A program made the translations under genes and the position numbers. Under the pieces are notes generated by a model. It did no database searches, had not been told where the DNA came from, and saw only the letters and a program-made list of their open reading frames with translations. DNA of 64,000 nt from NCBI GenBank assembly GCA_022561635.1, contig JADFQV010000001.1, forward strand, positions 7,917 through 71,916, read 5' to 3'. This document shows, piece by piece, positions 32,083 to 42,491 of this stretch. The DNA comes from Chloroflexota bacterium. GTDB taxonomy: Bacteria; Chloroflexota; Dehalococcoidia; SM23-28-2; RBG-16-64-32. Position 1 is the first letter of the stretch. Each line of letters starts with the position of its first letter.

Positions 32083-32451
32083 CTATACCACTTCCGGAGC
32101 CAGCGATACGATCTTCATGAAGTTGCGCTCGCGCAGCTCCCTCGCCACAGGACCGAAGATGCGTGTGCCCCGCGGGTTGAAGTCGTCTTCCAGGATCACG
32201 GCGGCGTTTTCGTCGAAGCGAATGTAGGAACCGTCGCCACGGCGCCACGGCTGTGCCGTGCGCACGACGACGGCTTTCACCACTTCGCCCTTCTTCACTG
32301 CGCTGTTCGGCGCCGCCAGCCTCACCGAGGCGACGATGACGTCGCCGACTGCACCGTAGCGACGCCGCGAACCACCCAGGACCTGGATGACGCGTATCTG
32401 CTTGGCGCCCGAGTTGTCGGCCACGCGGAGGCGGGAAGACTTCTGGATCAT
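32083..32451 (-). CDS. rplN: 50S ribosomal protein L14
   Basis: [17 protein letters not shown]... Confidence 0.9.
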   Translation of the reverse strand: MIQKSSRLRVADNSGAKQIRVIQVLGGSRRRYGAVGDVIVASVRLAAPNSAVKKGEVVKAVVVRTAQPWRRGDGSYIRFDENAAVILEDDFNPRGTRIFGPVARELRERNFMKIVSLAPEVV

Positions 32452-33056
32452 TCCGCTTTCCCTTCGTCCGTTGGCTCTTCGGCCGCTATCCCCGCGTCCG
32501 CGGGTTCTTCGGCCTCGGTCGATTCCTCGCCCGCCTCCTCCGAAGCAGCAGCCGCCTCTTCGGCAGCAGGCGCTTCGGGCTCGGCCGGCGCGTCTTCGGC
32601 GGTCTTCACCTCTTCGGGAGGCTCGATCTCTTCTGTGGTTTCTGCGGCCGGCTGAGTGGCCTGGTCCGTCGCCTCGGCCGCGGGCTGCTCGGCTTGTGTC
32701 TCAGCGAGAGCTGCCGGCGCCTCTTCCTCTTGCGGCTTCACTTCGCCGATGACCTCAAGGTCGATCTCTTCGGGAGCGAGATCCGGCAGCTCGATCTGGC
32801 GCAGCACCTCGATCAGGCGCCAGCGCTTGGTCTTGGAGATCGGCTCGGCTTCGACGATGCGCACGCGATCACCCTTGTGGGCCTCGCCGTTCTCGTCGTG
32901 CACGATGTAGTTCCGGTTGCGCCGGATCGTCTTTTTGTAAAGCCTATGGCGAATGGCCGAAGCGACAGAGACGACTACGGTCTTCTCCATAGAGTGGCTG
33001 ACCACGGTGCCTTCGCGCATCTTGCGGCCGCCGTACTTACTGGTGGCGGCCGTCAT
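32448..33056 (-). CDS. rpsQ: 30S ribosomal protein S17 with a ~110 aa acidic Glu/Ala/Pro-rich C-terminal tail
   Basis: S17 OB core covers aa 10-95. Confidence 0.85.
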   Translation of the reverse strand: MTAATSKYGGRKMREGTVVSHSMEKTVVVSVASAIRHRLYKKTIRRNRNYIVHDENGEAHKGDRVRIVEAEPISKTKRWRLIEVLRQIELPDLAPEEIDLEVIGEVKPQEEEAPAALAETQAEQPAAEATDQATQPAAETTEEIEPPEEVKTAEDAPAEPEAPAAEEAAAASEEAGEESTEAEEPADAGIAAEEPTDEGKAE

Positions 33057-33286
33057 GACGCCCCTCCCTCGTTCGCCTTCGATAGCTCACGCTGGCGCTG
33101 GAACGTCTTCAGCCTGGCGATCGTTCGCCTGATGGTCGGTATCTCCCGGTGGTTGGTCAGCTGCAGCGTTTCTTTCTGAAGGCGCAGTGAGAAGAGCCGG
33201 CGATAGGATTCGTCCAACTCCTTCTGCAGGTCTTCATCGGACATCTTGAGTATCTCCTCAACCTTGCCCTTGATCTTCTTCGCCAC
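33053..33286 (-). CDS. rpmC: 50S ribosomal protein L29
   Basis: 77 aa; L29 helical hairpin. Confidence 0.85.
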   Translation of the reverse strand: MAKKIKGKVEEILKMSDEDLQKELDESYRRLFSLRLQKETLQLTNHREIPTIRRTIARLKTFQRQRELSKANEGGAS

Positions 33287-33288
33287 GG

Positions 33289-33702
33289 CTAGAACTCCAT
33301 CCTTCCGATGAAGCGGACCTTGATCGGCAGCTTCTGCGCCGCCAACCTCATCGCCTCGCGGGCGACGTCTTCGCTGACGCCGGATATTTCGTAGATCATG
33401 CGGCCCGGCTTGACGACGGCAACCCAGCCTTCGACGGGGCCCTTACCTTTTCCCTGCCGCACTTCCAGCGGCTTCTTGGTTATTGGCTTGTCCGGGAAGA
33501 CGCGTATCCAGAGCTTTCCGCCACGCTTTACGTAGCGCGTGATGGCGCGACGGCCCGCCTCGATCTGACGGTTGGTCATCCAGCATGCGCCAAGCGCCTG
33601 CAGACCGTAGTCACCAAAGGTGACCACGTTGCCGGTCTGGGCGATGCCCCGCCGGCGGCCGCGATGCGCCTTGCTGTATTTCGTTCGTTTAGGCTGAAGC
33701 AT
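33289..33702 (-). CDS. rplP: 50S ribosomal protein L16
   Basis: L16/L10e family. Confidence 0.9.
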   Translation of the reverse strand: MLQPKRTKYSKAHRGRRRGIAQTGNVVTFGDYGLQALGACWMTNRQIEAGRRAITRYVKRGGKLWIRVFPDKPITKKPLEVRQGKGKGPVEGWVAVVKPGRMIYEISGVSEDVAREAMRLAAQKLPIKVRFIGRMEF

Positions 33703-34582
33703 CGCTCTCCTCGGCCTTCACTTCCGGCGGCGGCTCTTTAGCAGTCGCGGGCTTCTCCTCGGCGGCCGGCTGCGGCTCAGCGGCCGGCTCCTTCTCTGCC
33801 GGCGCTGCTTCAGCGGCCGGCTCGGGCGCCTCTTTGGCCTCGGCCGCGGGGGGCGCTCCAGCTTCAGCCTCTGCGGGGGCCGCTGTGCCACCTTCGGCGG
33901 CCTCCGCCTCTTCGGCAGCGGCGGCCTGAGCGGCGGCGCGGAGCCGTTCGCGCTCTTCGGCGATCTTGTCGCCCTTGTAGATCCAGACCTTGACGCCGAT
34001 GCGACCCAGCGTCGTTTTCGCTTCTGAAGTGCCATAGTCAACGTCGGCTTTGAGAGTGTGCAGCGGCACGCGGCCCTGGCGCTCCGTGTCGACGCGACCC
34101 ATGTCCGAGCCGCCGAGGCGGCCGGCGACGCGAATGCGCACGCCCTGGGCGCCACGCTGCATGGCGCGCCCGGCCGCTTGCTTGATCGCCCGGCGGTGAG
34201 AGACGCGACGCTCGATCTGCTCGGCGACTGCGCGGGCGACGAGCGGCGCCTCGATCTCCGGCACACGGATTTCGCTGATGTTAACGCGCAGCTTACGGCC
34301 GGTGAGCTTCTCAAGGTTCGTGCGAAGCTCGTCGACACGCTGGCCGCCGCGACCGATGACGATGCCGGGGCGCGCTGTGTTGATCGACACGGTCACCTGA
34401 TTGGCGTTGCGTTCGATCTCGACTTTGGCAATGCCGGCGTCCGGCAGCATCTCCGTGATCTTCTTGCGGATACCCAGGTCCTCGTGGAGGAGCTCGGTGT
34501 AGTTCTTGTCCGCGTACCACTTGCTCTTCCAGTCGTAGATGTACCCGAGGCGGAAGCCGTTGGGATGAACTTTCTGTCCCAT
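33689..34582 (-). CDS. rpsC: 30S ribosomal protein S3 with a ~70 aa acidic Ala/Glu/Pro-rich C-terminal tail
   Basis: KH plus S3-C domains. Confidence 0.9.
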   Translation of the reverse strand: MGQKVHPNGFRLGYIYDWKSKWYADKNYTELLHEDLGIRKKITEMLPDAGIAKVEIERNANQVTVSINTARPGIVIGRGGQRVDELRTNLEKLTGRKLRVNISEIRVPEIEAPLVARAVAEQIERRVSHRRAIKQAAGRAMQRGAQGVRIRVAGRLGGSDMGRVDTERQGRVPLHTLKADVDYGTSEAKTTLGRIGVKVWIYKGDKIAEERERLRAAAQAAAAEEAEAAEGGTAAPAEAEAGAPPAAEAKEAPEPAAEAAPAEKEPAAEPQPAAEEKPATAKEPPPEVKAEESDASA

Positions 34583-34924
34583 CTAGTTCTCCTCTTCTTC
34601 CACAACGATGGTTATGTTGGCGCTGCGGCGGCGCATGATGTCGCCACGGCCGCGGGCTCGCGGCAGCAGGCGGCGCACTTTGTCGGCGTCGCCGGCGAAG
34701 GCTTCGATTACGAGCAGGCGGCGTGGGTCCATGTCGAAGTTGTTCTCGGCGTTGGCAGCGGCCGAGCGCACCGACTTGGCGATCAGTTCGGAGTGTGGCG
34801 ATGTCATGAATCGCAAGATAGACATCGCCTCGTCCACACGCTTGCCGCGGATCTCATCGAGGATGAGGCGCAGCTTCTTCGGCGAGGCCGGCGCGCTGCG
34901 GGCGAAGGAACGTACGGCGACCAT
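34583..34924 (-). CDS. rplV: 50S ribosomal protein L22
   Basis: Starts at the internal Met (MVAVRSFARSA...). The ORF-track upstream 140 aa is a spurious extension over rpsS. Coordinates are ±1. Confidence 0.8.
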   Translation of the reverse strand: MVAVRSFARSAPASPKKLRLILDEIRGKRVDEAMSILRFMTSPHSELIAKSVRSAAANAENNFDMDPRRLLVIEAFAGDADKVRRLLPRARGRGDIMRRRSANITIVVEEEEN

Positions 34925-34926
34925 CG

Positions 34927-35217
34927 CTAGATCTTCCTCACCTGGGTGGAGGCGGCTGTCTTGGCGGTGTGGCCGCGGAAGGTGCGCGTCGGGGCGAACT
35001 CTCCCAGCTTGTGGCCGACCATGTTTTCGGTGATCAGGATGGGCACGTGACGACGGCCGTCGTGAACGGCGAACGTCATGGCGACCATCTCCGGAAGAAT
35101 CGTCGAGCGGCGCGACCAGGTGCGGATCACTTCCCTGTTCCCGCTGGCCTGCAGTTTGTGAATCTTGGCCATCAGCTTGGGGTCGACGTAGGGGCCCTTT
35201 TTCGTCGATCGTGACAT
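34927..35217 (-). CDS. rpsS: 30S ribosomal protein S19
   Basis: [15 protein letters not shown]... Confidence 0.9.
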   Translation of the reverse strand: MSRSTKKGPYVDPKLMAKIHKLQASGNREVIRTWSRRSTILPEMVAMTFAVHDGRRHVPILITENMVGHKLGEFAPTRTFRGHTAKTAASTQVRKI

Positions 35218-36050
35218 TAGACGTCGTACCTCCGCCTGACGATGTACTTGTTCGTGTCCTTGCGGCGACGCGTACGCGCACCGAGAGTCGGCTTCCCCCA
35301 GGGCGACTTGGGCCCCGGCAGGCCGATCGGCGCTTTGCCTTCACCGCCGCCGTGCGGGTGGTCTCGCGGGTTCATAGCGGTGCCGCGGACGTGCGGACGG
35401 CGGCCCATGAGTCGCCTGCGGCCGGCGCGGCCCAGCTTGATCTGGCTGTGCTCTGCGTTGCCCACCTGGCCGATCGTCGCCATGCAGTCGGCGAGAATGC
35501 GGCGGACCTCGCCGGACGGTAGGCGGACGAGCGCGTAGGCCTCTTCGTCGCGGGCCAGGAGCTGTGCTGAGCCGCCGGCGCCGCGCACGAGTTGGGCGCC
35601 CTTGCCCTTGTGCAACTCCAGGTTGTGGACGATCGTGCCGGACGGGATGTTCCGCAGCGGCAGGGCGTTTCCGGTCTTGATCTCTGCGTCCGGCCCGGAG
35701 ACTACCGTGTCGCCGACCTTGAGGCCGACCGGCCAGATGATGTAGCGCTTCTCGCCGTCGACGTAGTGGAGGAGGGCGATGCGCGCTGTGCGGTTCGGGT
35801 CGTACTCGACGGAGGCGACCTTCGCCGGGATGCCGTGCTTATCGCGCTTGAAGTCGATGATGCGCAGACGCCTTTTGTGGCCACCGCCGCGGTGACGCAC
35901 GCTGATGCGCCCGCGGTTGTTGCGGCCGGCGTTCTGCTTCTTGCCGAAAGTTAGCGACTTCTCCGGCTTCGAGCGGGTGATCTCATCGAACGTATAGCCG
36001 GTCGCGCCACGGCGGCCGGGCGAAGTGGGCTTGTACTGCTTAATGCCCAT
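35217..36050 (-). CDS. rplB: 50S ribosomal protein L2
   Basis: L2 family. Confidence 0.9.
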   Translation of the reverse strand: MGIKQYKPTSPGRRGATGYTFDEITRSKPEKSLTFGKKQNAGRNNRGRISVRHRGGGHKRRLRIIDFKRDKHGIPAKVASVEYDPNRTARIALLHYVDGEKRYIIWPVGLKVGDTVVSGPDAEIKTGNALPLRNIPSGTIVHNLELHKGKGAQLVRGAGGSAQLLARDEEAYALVRLPSGEVRRILADCMATIGQVGNAEHSQIKLGRAGRRRLMGRRPHVRGTAMNPRDHPHGGGEGKAPIGLPGPKSPWGKPTLGARTRRRKDTNKYIVRRRYDV

Positions 36051-36052
36051 CT

Positions 36053-36352
36053 CTATACGCCCTCAAATAGCTCTAGCTTGTCGTCCGGGTGCAGCGTGAC
36101 GACGGCCTTCTTCCAGTTGGGCCGGTGCGTCATGCGGTTACCGCGAACGCGCTTCGGCTTGCCCTTCATGATCATCACGTTGACGTTCACCACCTTGACG
36201 TCGAAGCCTTTTTCGACGGCTTCCCGGATCTGCGCCTTGTTCGCGACTCTTCGCACCTCGAAGCAGTACTTGTTCTCGGCGCCAAGGCGGGTCGCTTTCT
36301 CGGTGATCAGCGGCCGGACGAGGATGGAGAGTGGGTTCAATGGCTTTGCCAT
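36053..36352 (-). CDS. rplW: 50S ribosomal protein L23
   Basis: L23 family. Confidence 0.9.
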   Translation of the reverse strand: MAKPLNPLSILVRPLITEKATRLGAENKYCFEVRRVANKAQIREAVEKGFDVKVVNVNVMIMKGKPKRVRGNRMTHRPNWKKAVVTLHPDDKLELFEGV

Positions 36353-36355
36353 AGT

Positions 36356-37321
36356 CTAGCCCTCGCTCTCTTCCGTCTTCTTCGTCGTGCGGCTGCGCGT
36401 CGTCTTCGGCTTGTCCCCGCCGTCGGTGGCCTTGGCCTTGGCGCGGGTCGCCCGTTTCGGCTTGTCCGCGGTTGACCCCTTCGCCTTCGAAGCGCGAGTG
36501 GTCGTCTTCTTGGCGGCGCCATCGTCCTTCGGCTTGGCCGCGGCGCGAGTCCGGCTAGCGGCCTTCTTCGGCTTGGCCGGAGCTTCCGCGGTCGCCTCGG
36601 CATCGGTCGCCGGCGCTTCGGCTTTGGCCTTGGCCTTCGGCTTAGCGGCGGCCTTCTTGCGGTCGGTCTTGGCGGGCTTCTTCGCCACCTTGGCGCCCGC
36701 GACGGCCCACAGCGACTCGGCGATGCGGACGGCGTCCACGGTCATGAGGAGACTCTGGTGGTTGAGCATGTCGCCGACGTTGAGGTAGCGCGCCGGAAGC
36801 ACCTTCGTGCGGTGCAGGTTTCGCGTGCTGGCCAGCACCTGGCGGTCGGACTCACTCGTGACGATGAGCGTCGAGCGCTTGATGCCGACGTTCTGCAGGA
36901 TGCGGGCGATCTCTTTAGTCTTCGGCGTTTCGAAGGCGAGCTGGTCGATGACCACGAGCTGGCCGTCGGCCGCCTTGCCCGAAAGCGCGGAGCGGATCGC
37001 CAGGCGCCGCATCTTCTTCGGCATCGCCTGGCTGTAGTCGCGCACGCGCGGACCGAACGCGGTGCCGCCACCGACGCGCGTCGGTGAGCCAGCCGTGCCG
37101 GCGCGGGCGCGGCCGGTGCCCTTCTGACGGTGGAGTTTTCGCGTGCTGCCCACGACCTCGCCGCGCGTGCGGGTCTGCGCGGTGCCGGCGCGCTGGTTGT
37201 TGCGCTGCCTGACGTAGGCCTGGTGGAGAACGGTGCCGTTGGGCTCGATGCCGAAGACGCTGTCGTCGACGTTGAGCTTTCGCAGCTCCTTGCCCTCGGC
37301 GTTCATTACGGGCAGTTTCAT
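36356..37321 (-). CDS. rplD: 50S ribosomal protein L4 with a ~115 aa basic Ala/Lys/Pro-rich C-terminal tail
   Basis: L4 core ([13 protein letters not shown]...) then a histone-H1-like tail. The start abuts the rplC stop. The ORF-track upstream region is spurious. Confidence 0.85.
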   Translation of the reverse strand: MKLPVMNAEGKELRKLNVDDSVFGIEPNGTVLHQAYVRQRNNQRAGTAQTRTRGEVVGSTRKLHRQKGTGRARAGTAGSPTRVGGGTAFGPRVRDYSQAMPKKMRRLAIRSALSGKAADGQLVVIDQLAFETPKTKEIARILQNVGIKRSTLIVTSESDRQVLASTRNLHRTKVLPARYLNVGDMLNHQSLLMTVDAVRIAESLWAVAGAKVAKKPAKTDRKKAAAKPKAKAKAEAPATDAEATAEAPAKPKKAASRTRAAAKPKDDGAAKKTTTRASKAKGSTADKPKRATRAKAKATDGGDKPKTTRSRTTKKTEESEG

Positions 37322-37953
37322 TGCTTGACCTTCAGTGCCGGCGACCGGCGCACGCGGACGACGATGCCTTCGTTGCCCGGTACTGCGCCACGGACGAAGA
37401 GGACGCCTTTGTCGGCGTCGACCCGAACGACCTTCAGGTTCCTGATGGTGGCCTCGCCGGTGCCCATGTGACCGGCCATCCGCATGCCCTTGATCACACG
37501 TCCCGGTGAAGTGCCGGCGCCGATGGAGCCAGCCGCGCGGTGGCGGTCGGACTGGCCGTGCGTCTTGGGGCCGCCGCGGAAACCGTGGCGCTTGACGACG
37601 CCGGCGAAACCTTTGCCTTTGCTCGCCCCGGAGACGTCGACGAGATCGCCGACCTCGAAGATGTCGCAACCGACCTTGACGCCGGCTTCGGCCGCCGCGA
37701 TGTCATCTGTGCCGAACTCGCGGAGGACCTGGAACTTACCGTAGTCCTTCATGTGGCCTTGGAGGGCCTTGGTGACGCGCTTGCGCTCGCCGAAGCCGAG
37801 CTGGAGAGCCTCGTAGCCATCCTTTTCCTTTGTCTTGACCTGGACGATCGTGCAGGAAGTGGTGTCGATGACGGTTACCGGCACGGACGTGCCGTCGTCC
37901 TCGAATATCTGCGTCATGCCGATCTTGCGGCCCAGCAGTCCTTCGACGCTCAC
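37318..37953 (-). CDS. rplC: 50S ribosomal protein L3
   Basis: L3 family. Confidence 0.9.
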   Translation of the reverse strand: MSVEGLLGRKIGMTQIFEDDGTSVPVTVIDTTSCTIVQVKTKEKDGYEALQLGFGERKRVTKALQGHMKDYGKFQVLREFGTDDIAAAEAGVKVGCDIFEVGDLVDVSGASKGKGFAGVVKRHGFRGGPKTHGQSDRHRAAGSIGAGTSPGRVIKGMRMAGHMGTGEATIRNLKVVRVDADKGVLFVRGAVPGNEGIVVRVRRSPALKVKQ

Positions 37954-38258
37954 AGCTTGATCTCGATGTCCACGCCGGACGGCAGCTGCAGCCGCATCAG
38001 GGCGTCGACCGTCTTCGGCGACGGCTCCAGTATCTCGATAATGCGCTTGTGCGTCCGCGTCTCGAACTGCTCACGGGAGTCTTTGTCGATGTTCGGCCCG
38101 CGGATCACCGTGTATTTCTCGATGTGAGTGGGCAGCGGGATAGGACCGGCCACGGCGGCGCCGGTGCGCTCGGCCGCTTCGACGATGAGCACCGCAGACT
38201 GATCCAGTATGCGGTGGTCGAACGCCTTGAGGCGGATTCTAATCTTTTGCCGTGCCAT
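37950..38258 (-). CDS. rpsJ: 30S ribosomal protein S10
   Basis: [15 protein letters not shown]... Confidence 0.9.
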   Translation of the reverse strand: MARQKIRIRLKAFDHRILDQSAVLIVEAAERTGAAVAGPIPLPTHIEKYTVIRGPNIDKDSREQFETRTHKRIIEILEPSPKTVDALMRLQLPSGVDIEIKL

Positions 38259-38261
38259 CTG

Positions 38262-40361
38262 TTATCTCCGTACCGCCCCTTGCATGCGCCCGGACACCTG
38301 TTCGGCGATGGACGCGGGAACCTCGCTGTAGTGGTCGAACTCCATCGTGTAGCTCGCGCGGCCCTGCGTGACGGAGCGCAATGTCGTGGCATAGCCAAAC
38401 GTCTCCGCAAGGGGGACGTGCGCCGAAATCACACGCAGGTGGCCGCGATGGTCCACGTCGGAGACCTGACCCCGACGAGAACTGGCGTCGCTTAGGACTT
38501 CGCCGAAGAACTCATCAGGTGTCGCCACCTCTACCTTCATGACGGGCTCGAGAAGAACGGGGCGGCCCCTCTTCATCGCTTCCTGGATCGCCAGGGACCC
38601 CGCCATCTTGAAGGCCAGCTCGGATGAGTCTACAGGGTGATGCTGCCCATCCACAAGCTCCACTCTCACGTCGACGACCGGATAGCCGGCCTTGACGCCC
38701 GTCTCCAGCGCCTCGCGGACGCCGTGTTCGACGGCCGAGACGAACTCGCGCGGGACGGCGCCGCCGACGATCTTGTTCTCGAATTCGATGCCGCTGCCCT
38801 TTTCCAAAGGCTCGACATGAAGCTTGACGACGCCGAACTGGCCGCGGCCACCGGTCTGGCGCACGAAGCGACCCTCAGCGTCGGCGGCATCTCTGATCGT
38901 CTCTTTGTAGGCCACTTCTGGCCGGCCGACGTCCGCCTGAACGTTGAACTCACGCAGCATGCGGTCGACGATGATTTCCAGGTGTAGCTCGCCCATGCCG
39001 GAGATGATCGTCTGCCCGGTCTCGTCATCGTAGCGGGCGTGGAACGTCGGGTCTTCTTCGACCAGCCGCACGAGCGCGTCGCCCATGCGTTCCTGGTCTT
39101 CTTTGGTCTTCGGTTCGATGGCGACGGCGATCACCGGCTCAGGGAACTTGATCGCCTCGAGGAGGATCTGGTTCTTCTGGTCGCACAGCGTGTCACCGGT
39201 GAACGTGTTCTTGAGGGCGACCGTGGCAGCGATCTGCCCGGCCGAAATCTCCGTCAGCTCTTCGCGCCGGTTGGAGTGCATGCGCAGGATGCGGCCCAGG
39301 CGCTCTTTCTGCCCGCGGCTGCTGTTAATCACTACCCCGCCTTGCTTGACCATGCCCGAGTAGACACGGAAGTAGACGAGCCGGCCGACGTACGGGTCGG
39401 CGACTATCTTGAATGCCAGCGCCGCGAACGGTGCGTCGGGGTCTGGCTCGCGTTCGATCAGCTCGCCGGTCGCCGGATCGGTACCGGTGATGGCCGCCAC
39501 CTCGACGGGAGAAGGCAGGTAGTCGATGACGGCGTCGAGCATGGGCTGCACACCCTTGTTCTTGAGCGCGCTGCCGCAGAGGACGGGGTTGACCAGGCCG
39601 GTAATCGTCGCGCGACGGATCGCCTTCTTCAACTCGACTGCTGTTACCTCGTGCTGCTCGACGAAGCTGATCAGCATCTGGTCGTCGACTTCGCCGATCG
39701 CCTCGATGAGATCTTCGCGACGCCTGGCGGCCTCTTCCTTGAGGTCGGCCGGTATCTCGCCGACGGTTACCTCGAGCGCGCCGTCGGGGAAAGTGTAGGC
39801 GACCATCTCCACGAGGTCGATGGCGCCCTCGTGCTTGTCCTCGTGGCCGATCGGCATCTGAACGGCGAGCGGGCGCGCGTTCAGGCGCTCGCGGATGCTT
39901 TCGATCGCCGCCCAGAAGTCGGCGCCGACGCGGTCCATCTTGTTGACGAAGCAGATGCGCGGGATGTGGTAACGGTCGGCCTGTCGCCAGACGGTCTCCG
40001 ACTGGCTCTGGACGCCGGCCACCGCGTCGAACACAACAACGCCCCCGTCCAAAACACGGAGGCTGCGCTCGACTTCGACGGTGAAGTCCACGTGGCCGGG
40101 CGTATCCACGATGTTGATCTGGTGGTCGTTCCAGGTGGTCGTCGTGGCAGCGGCGGTGATGGTGATGCCGCGCTCTCGCTCCTGCGCCATCCAGTCCATG
40201 ACGGCAGTGCCGGCGTCGACGTCACCGATCTTGTACGTGATCCCCGTATGAAAGAGGATCCGTTCAGTCACGGTGGTCTTACCGGCATCGATGTGCGCGA
40301 TAATTCCTATGTTTCGTACCCGCTCAACGGGCACAGACTCACTCATATCTCCCACTTGCAC
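38262..40361 (-). CDS. fusA: Elongation factor G
   Basis: GTPase G1 AHIDAGKTT and EF-G domains II-V. 699 aa. Confidence 0.9.
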   Translation of the reverse strand: MQVGDMSESVPVERVRNIGIIAHIDAGKTTVTERILFHTGITYKIGDVDAGTAVMDWMAQERERGITITAAATTTTWNDHQINIVDTPGHVDFTVEVERSLRVLDGGVVVFDAVAGVQSQSETVWRQADRYHIPRICFVNKMDRVGADFWAAIESIRERLNARPLAVQMPIGHEDKHEGAIDLVEMVAYTFPDGALEVTVGEIPADLKEEAARRREDLIEAIGEVDDQMLISFVEQHEVTAVELKKAIRRATITGLVNPVLCGSALKNKGVQPMLDAVIDYLPSPVEVAAITGTDPATGELIEREPDPDAPFAALAFKIVADPYVGRLVYFRVYSGMVKQGGVVINSSRGQKERLGRILRMHSNRREELTEISAGQIAATVALKNTFTGDTLCDQKNQILLEAIKFPEPVIAVAIEPKTKEDQERMGDALVRLVEEDPTFHARYDDETGQTIISGMGELHLEIIVDRMLREFNVQADVGRPEVAYKETIRDAADAEGRFVRQTGGRGQFGVVKLHVEPLEKGSGIEFENKIVGGAVPREFVSAVEHGVREALETGVKAGYPVVDVRVELVDGQHHPVDSSELAFKMAGSLAIQEAMKRGRPVLLEPVMKVEVATPDEFFGEVLSDASSRRGQVSDVDHRGHLRVISAHVPLAETFGYATTLRSVTQGRASYTMEFDHYSEVPASIAEQVSGRMQGAVRR

Positions 40362-40416
40362 TTCCCTGGAAGGAATTCTCCTAGTTAACTATCATTCGCC
40401 GCGCCCGTCCTCGCCC

Positions 40417-40887
40417 CTACCACCTGTAGTGAACGAAGGCTTTGTTGGCTTCGGCCATGCGGTGCGTATCTTCACGCTTCTTGATTGCGCTGCCTTGCTC
40501 TCGGTAAGCGTCCATAAGTTCCGCTGAGAGCCGCTCCGCCATCGGCCTGCCACTGCGGGCGCGGGCGGCGATGAGGAGCCAGCGCATGGCCAGTGAGACC
40601 TGGCGCACCGGGCGGACTTCCAACGGGATCTGGTACGTGGCGCCACCGACTCGGCGGGGGCGGACCTCGAGAATCGGCATCGTGTTGCGAATCGCCTGCT
40701 CGACGACCTGGCGCGGGTCTTCCTTCAAGCGCTCTGCCACCTGGTCCATCGCCTGGTAGACGATGCGTTCAGCGGTGCTCTTCTTGCCGTTGTGCATCAC
40801 CTTGTTGATCAGCGTCTGGACCATGACGCTGTTGAACTTAGCGTCTGGCTCGATTATGCGTTTTATGGATTTTCCACGTCGCGGCAT
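40417..40887 (-). CDS. rpsG: 30S ribosomal protein S7
   Basis: S7 family. Confidence 0.9.
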   Translation of the reverse strand: MPRRGKSIKRIIEPDAKFNSVMVQTLINKVMHNGKKSTAERIVYQAMDQVAERLKEDPRQVVEQAIRNTMPILEVRPRRVGGATYQIPLEVRPVRQVSLAMRWLLIAARARSGRPMAERLSAELMDAYREQGSAIKKREDTHRMAEANKAFVHYRW

Positions 40888-40904
40888 CTTCTCGTCCTCG
40901 GCGC

Positions 40905-41321
40905 CTACCCGGCGTCCTTGCGGGTGCCGTACTTGCTGCGCTGCTGCTTTCGACCCTCGACGCCGCCGGCGTCAAGCGCGCCGCGGATGATGTGGTAGCG
41001 GACTCCGGAAAGGTCCTTGACGCGGCCGCCACGGATGAGCACGACGGAGTGCTCCTGGAGCGTGTGGCCTTCGCCCGGGATGTAGGCGGTGACCTCCATG
41101 CCGTTCGTCAGGCGCACACGAGCGACCTTGCGCAGGGCCGAGTTCGGCTTGCGCGGCGTGACGGTGCGCACGTTGGTGCAGACGCCGCGCTTCTGCGGGC
41201 TGCCGGGGCCACGAATCATGCGGTTCTTGAGGGCGTTGAAATGGAAGCGCAGGGCCGGCGATTTTGTCTTCTTCGTCAGCTTCTTCCGGCCTTTTCGTAC
41301 CAGCTGGTTGATCGTTGGCAC
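40905..41321 (-). CDS. rpsL: 30S ribosomal protein S12 (with a ~14 aa insertion in the PAL...PQKRGVC loop)
   Basis: GTG start gives [12 protein letters not shown]... The ORF-track upstream 28 aa is spurious. Confidence 0.85.
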   Translation of the reverse strand: MPTINQLVRKGRKKLTKKTKSPALRFHFNALKNRMIRGPGSPQKRGVCTNVRTVTPRKPNSALRKVARVRLTNGMEVTAYIPGEGHTLQEHSVVLIRGGRVKDLSGVRYHIIRGALDAGGVEGRKQQRSKYGTRKDAG

Positions 41322-41477
41322 TTCTCGCGTTTCCCTTCCTGAACTACACCCGGCGCAAACAAAAAGCCGAAAGCTTACCGCATTCGCTCTGGCCCGCAGG
41401 GCCAAAACGTCTGCACGGGCAAGTCTTCCGACCGTTGAAACAGCCGCACACCCGCACTATACGGGCGCTAAGGTGAA

Positions 41478-41508
41478 ATGGTAGCTAGAAAGGGGGGCCT
41501 ATGTCAAC
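41478..41508 (-). promoter_or_regulatory. Putative rpsL (str operon) promoter TTGACA-18nt-TACCAT; implies a ~150 nt leader
   Basis: Hexamers read on the minus strand. Confidence 0.3.
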
Positions 41509-41546
41509 CGAAAACGCGGCGTCGGCCGCCTTCGTCGACAGACGTG

Positions 41547-42488
41547 CTAGACGCCGGCGTAACTGTGCAGGCCGGAGATCCAGAGGTTGACCACGAAGTA
41601 CGTGAACAGCACCGCTCCGAAGCCGACCACGAGCACGACCGACGAGCGCGTCCCCGACCACTTGCGCAGGCCGCGCATGTGCAGGTAGACGCCGTAGATC
41701 AGTAGCGTGACGAGCGCCGCCGATTCCTTGGGGTCCCAGCCCCAGTAGCGGCCCCAGGCGCTGTTCGCCCAGTACGCACCCAGCGCGATGCCGCCCGCCA
41801 GCAGCGGGAAGCCCAGCGCCACGCTCTTGTAGCCGATTTCGTCCAGCAGCTTTGATTTGGGCAGGCGCTGGAAGCGGTTCTTCGCACCCTGCACGAGGTA
41901 CAGCACGCCCGAGGCAAAGGAGACGCTCAGCGCCGCGTAGGCGAGGATCATCGCCGCGACGTGTATCGCCAACAGGTCCGTGTTCTGCAGCGCCGGCACC
42001 AGCGGCCGCACGTCCGACGGGAAGTAGAGCGCCGCTACGACGAGGCCGGTGAGCACGACGGGCAGCGCAACGCTGCCAAGCGCCCGCGGCGAGCGCAGCC
42101 CACGGCTCCTGTCGCCAGTTCCCTGCCTGGCCACGTAGACCTGCTCGAAGATGGCATAGAACGCCAGAATCGCCGTCGCGAAGGCGATCGTGAACTCGTA
42201 CATGTTCGACCACGGGGCGTGATCGACGGCCTGCCAGCGAGCGAGAAGCGACACGGAGAGCAGGGCCAGCGCTGTCCACGTAGCGAAGGTTGCAAAACGC
42301 CCACTGACCTGAGCCCAGCCGTTGGCGTCGCTGCGCTCGATCGAGGCGACGGCCGGGCCTGCGCCGATCGGCGTCGCCAGCCGGCGCACGACGAGCCCGA
42401 GGCCGAGGGTGTGCGCCCAGTAGGCCATCGTCGCCACGGCGCAGGCGGCGATCGCCAGGTACAGGGTCGTGCTGGCGAGCGATTCCAC
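41547..42488 (-). CDS. ccsA: Cytochrome c biogenesis protein CcsA/ResC (System II heme handling, WWD domain)
   Basis: WGRYWGWDPKE tryptophan-rich motif. 8 TM segments. The overlapping 461-aa Arg-rich ORF is spurious. Confidence 0.8.
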   Translation of the reverse strand: MESLASTTLYLAIAACAVATMAYWAHTLGLGLVVRRLATPIGAGPAVASIERSDANGWAQVSGRFATFATWTALALLSVSLLARWQAVDHAPWSNMYEFTIAFATAILAFYAIFEQVYVARQGTGDRSRGLRSPRALGSVALPVVLTGLVVAALYFPSDVRPLVPALQNTDLLAIHVAAMILAYAALSVSFASGVLYLVQGAKNRFQRLPKSKLLDEIGYKSVALGFPLLAGGIALGAYWANSAWGRYWGWDPKESAALVTLLIYGVYLHMRGLRKWSGTRSSVVLVVGFGAVLFTYFVVNLWISGLHSYAGV

Positions 42489-42491
42489 CGC

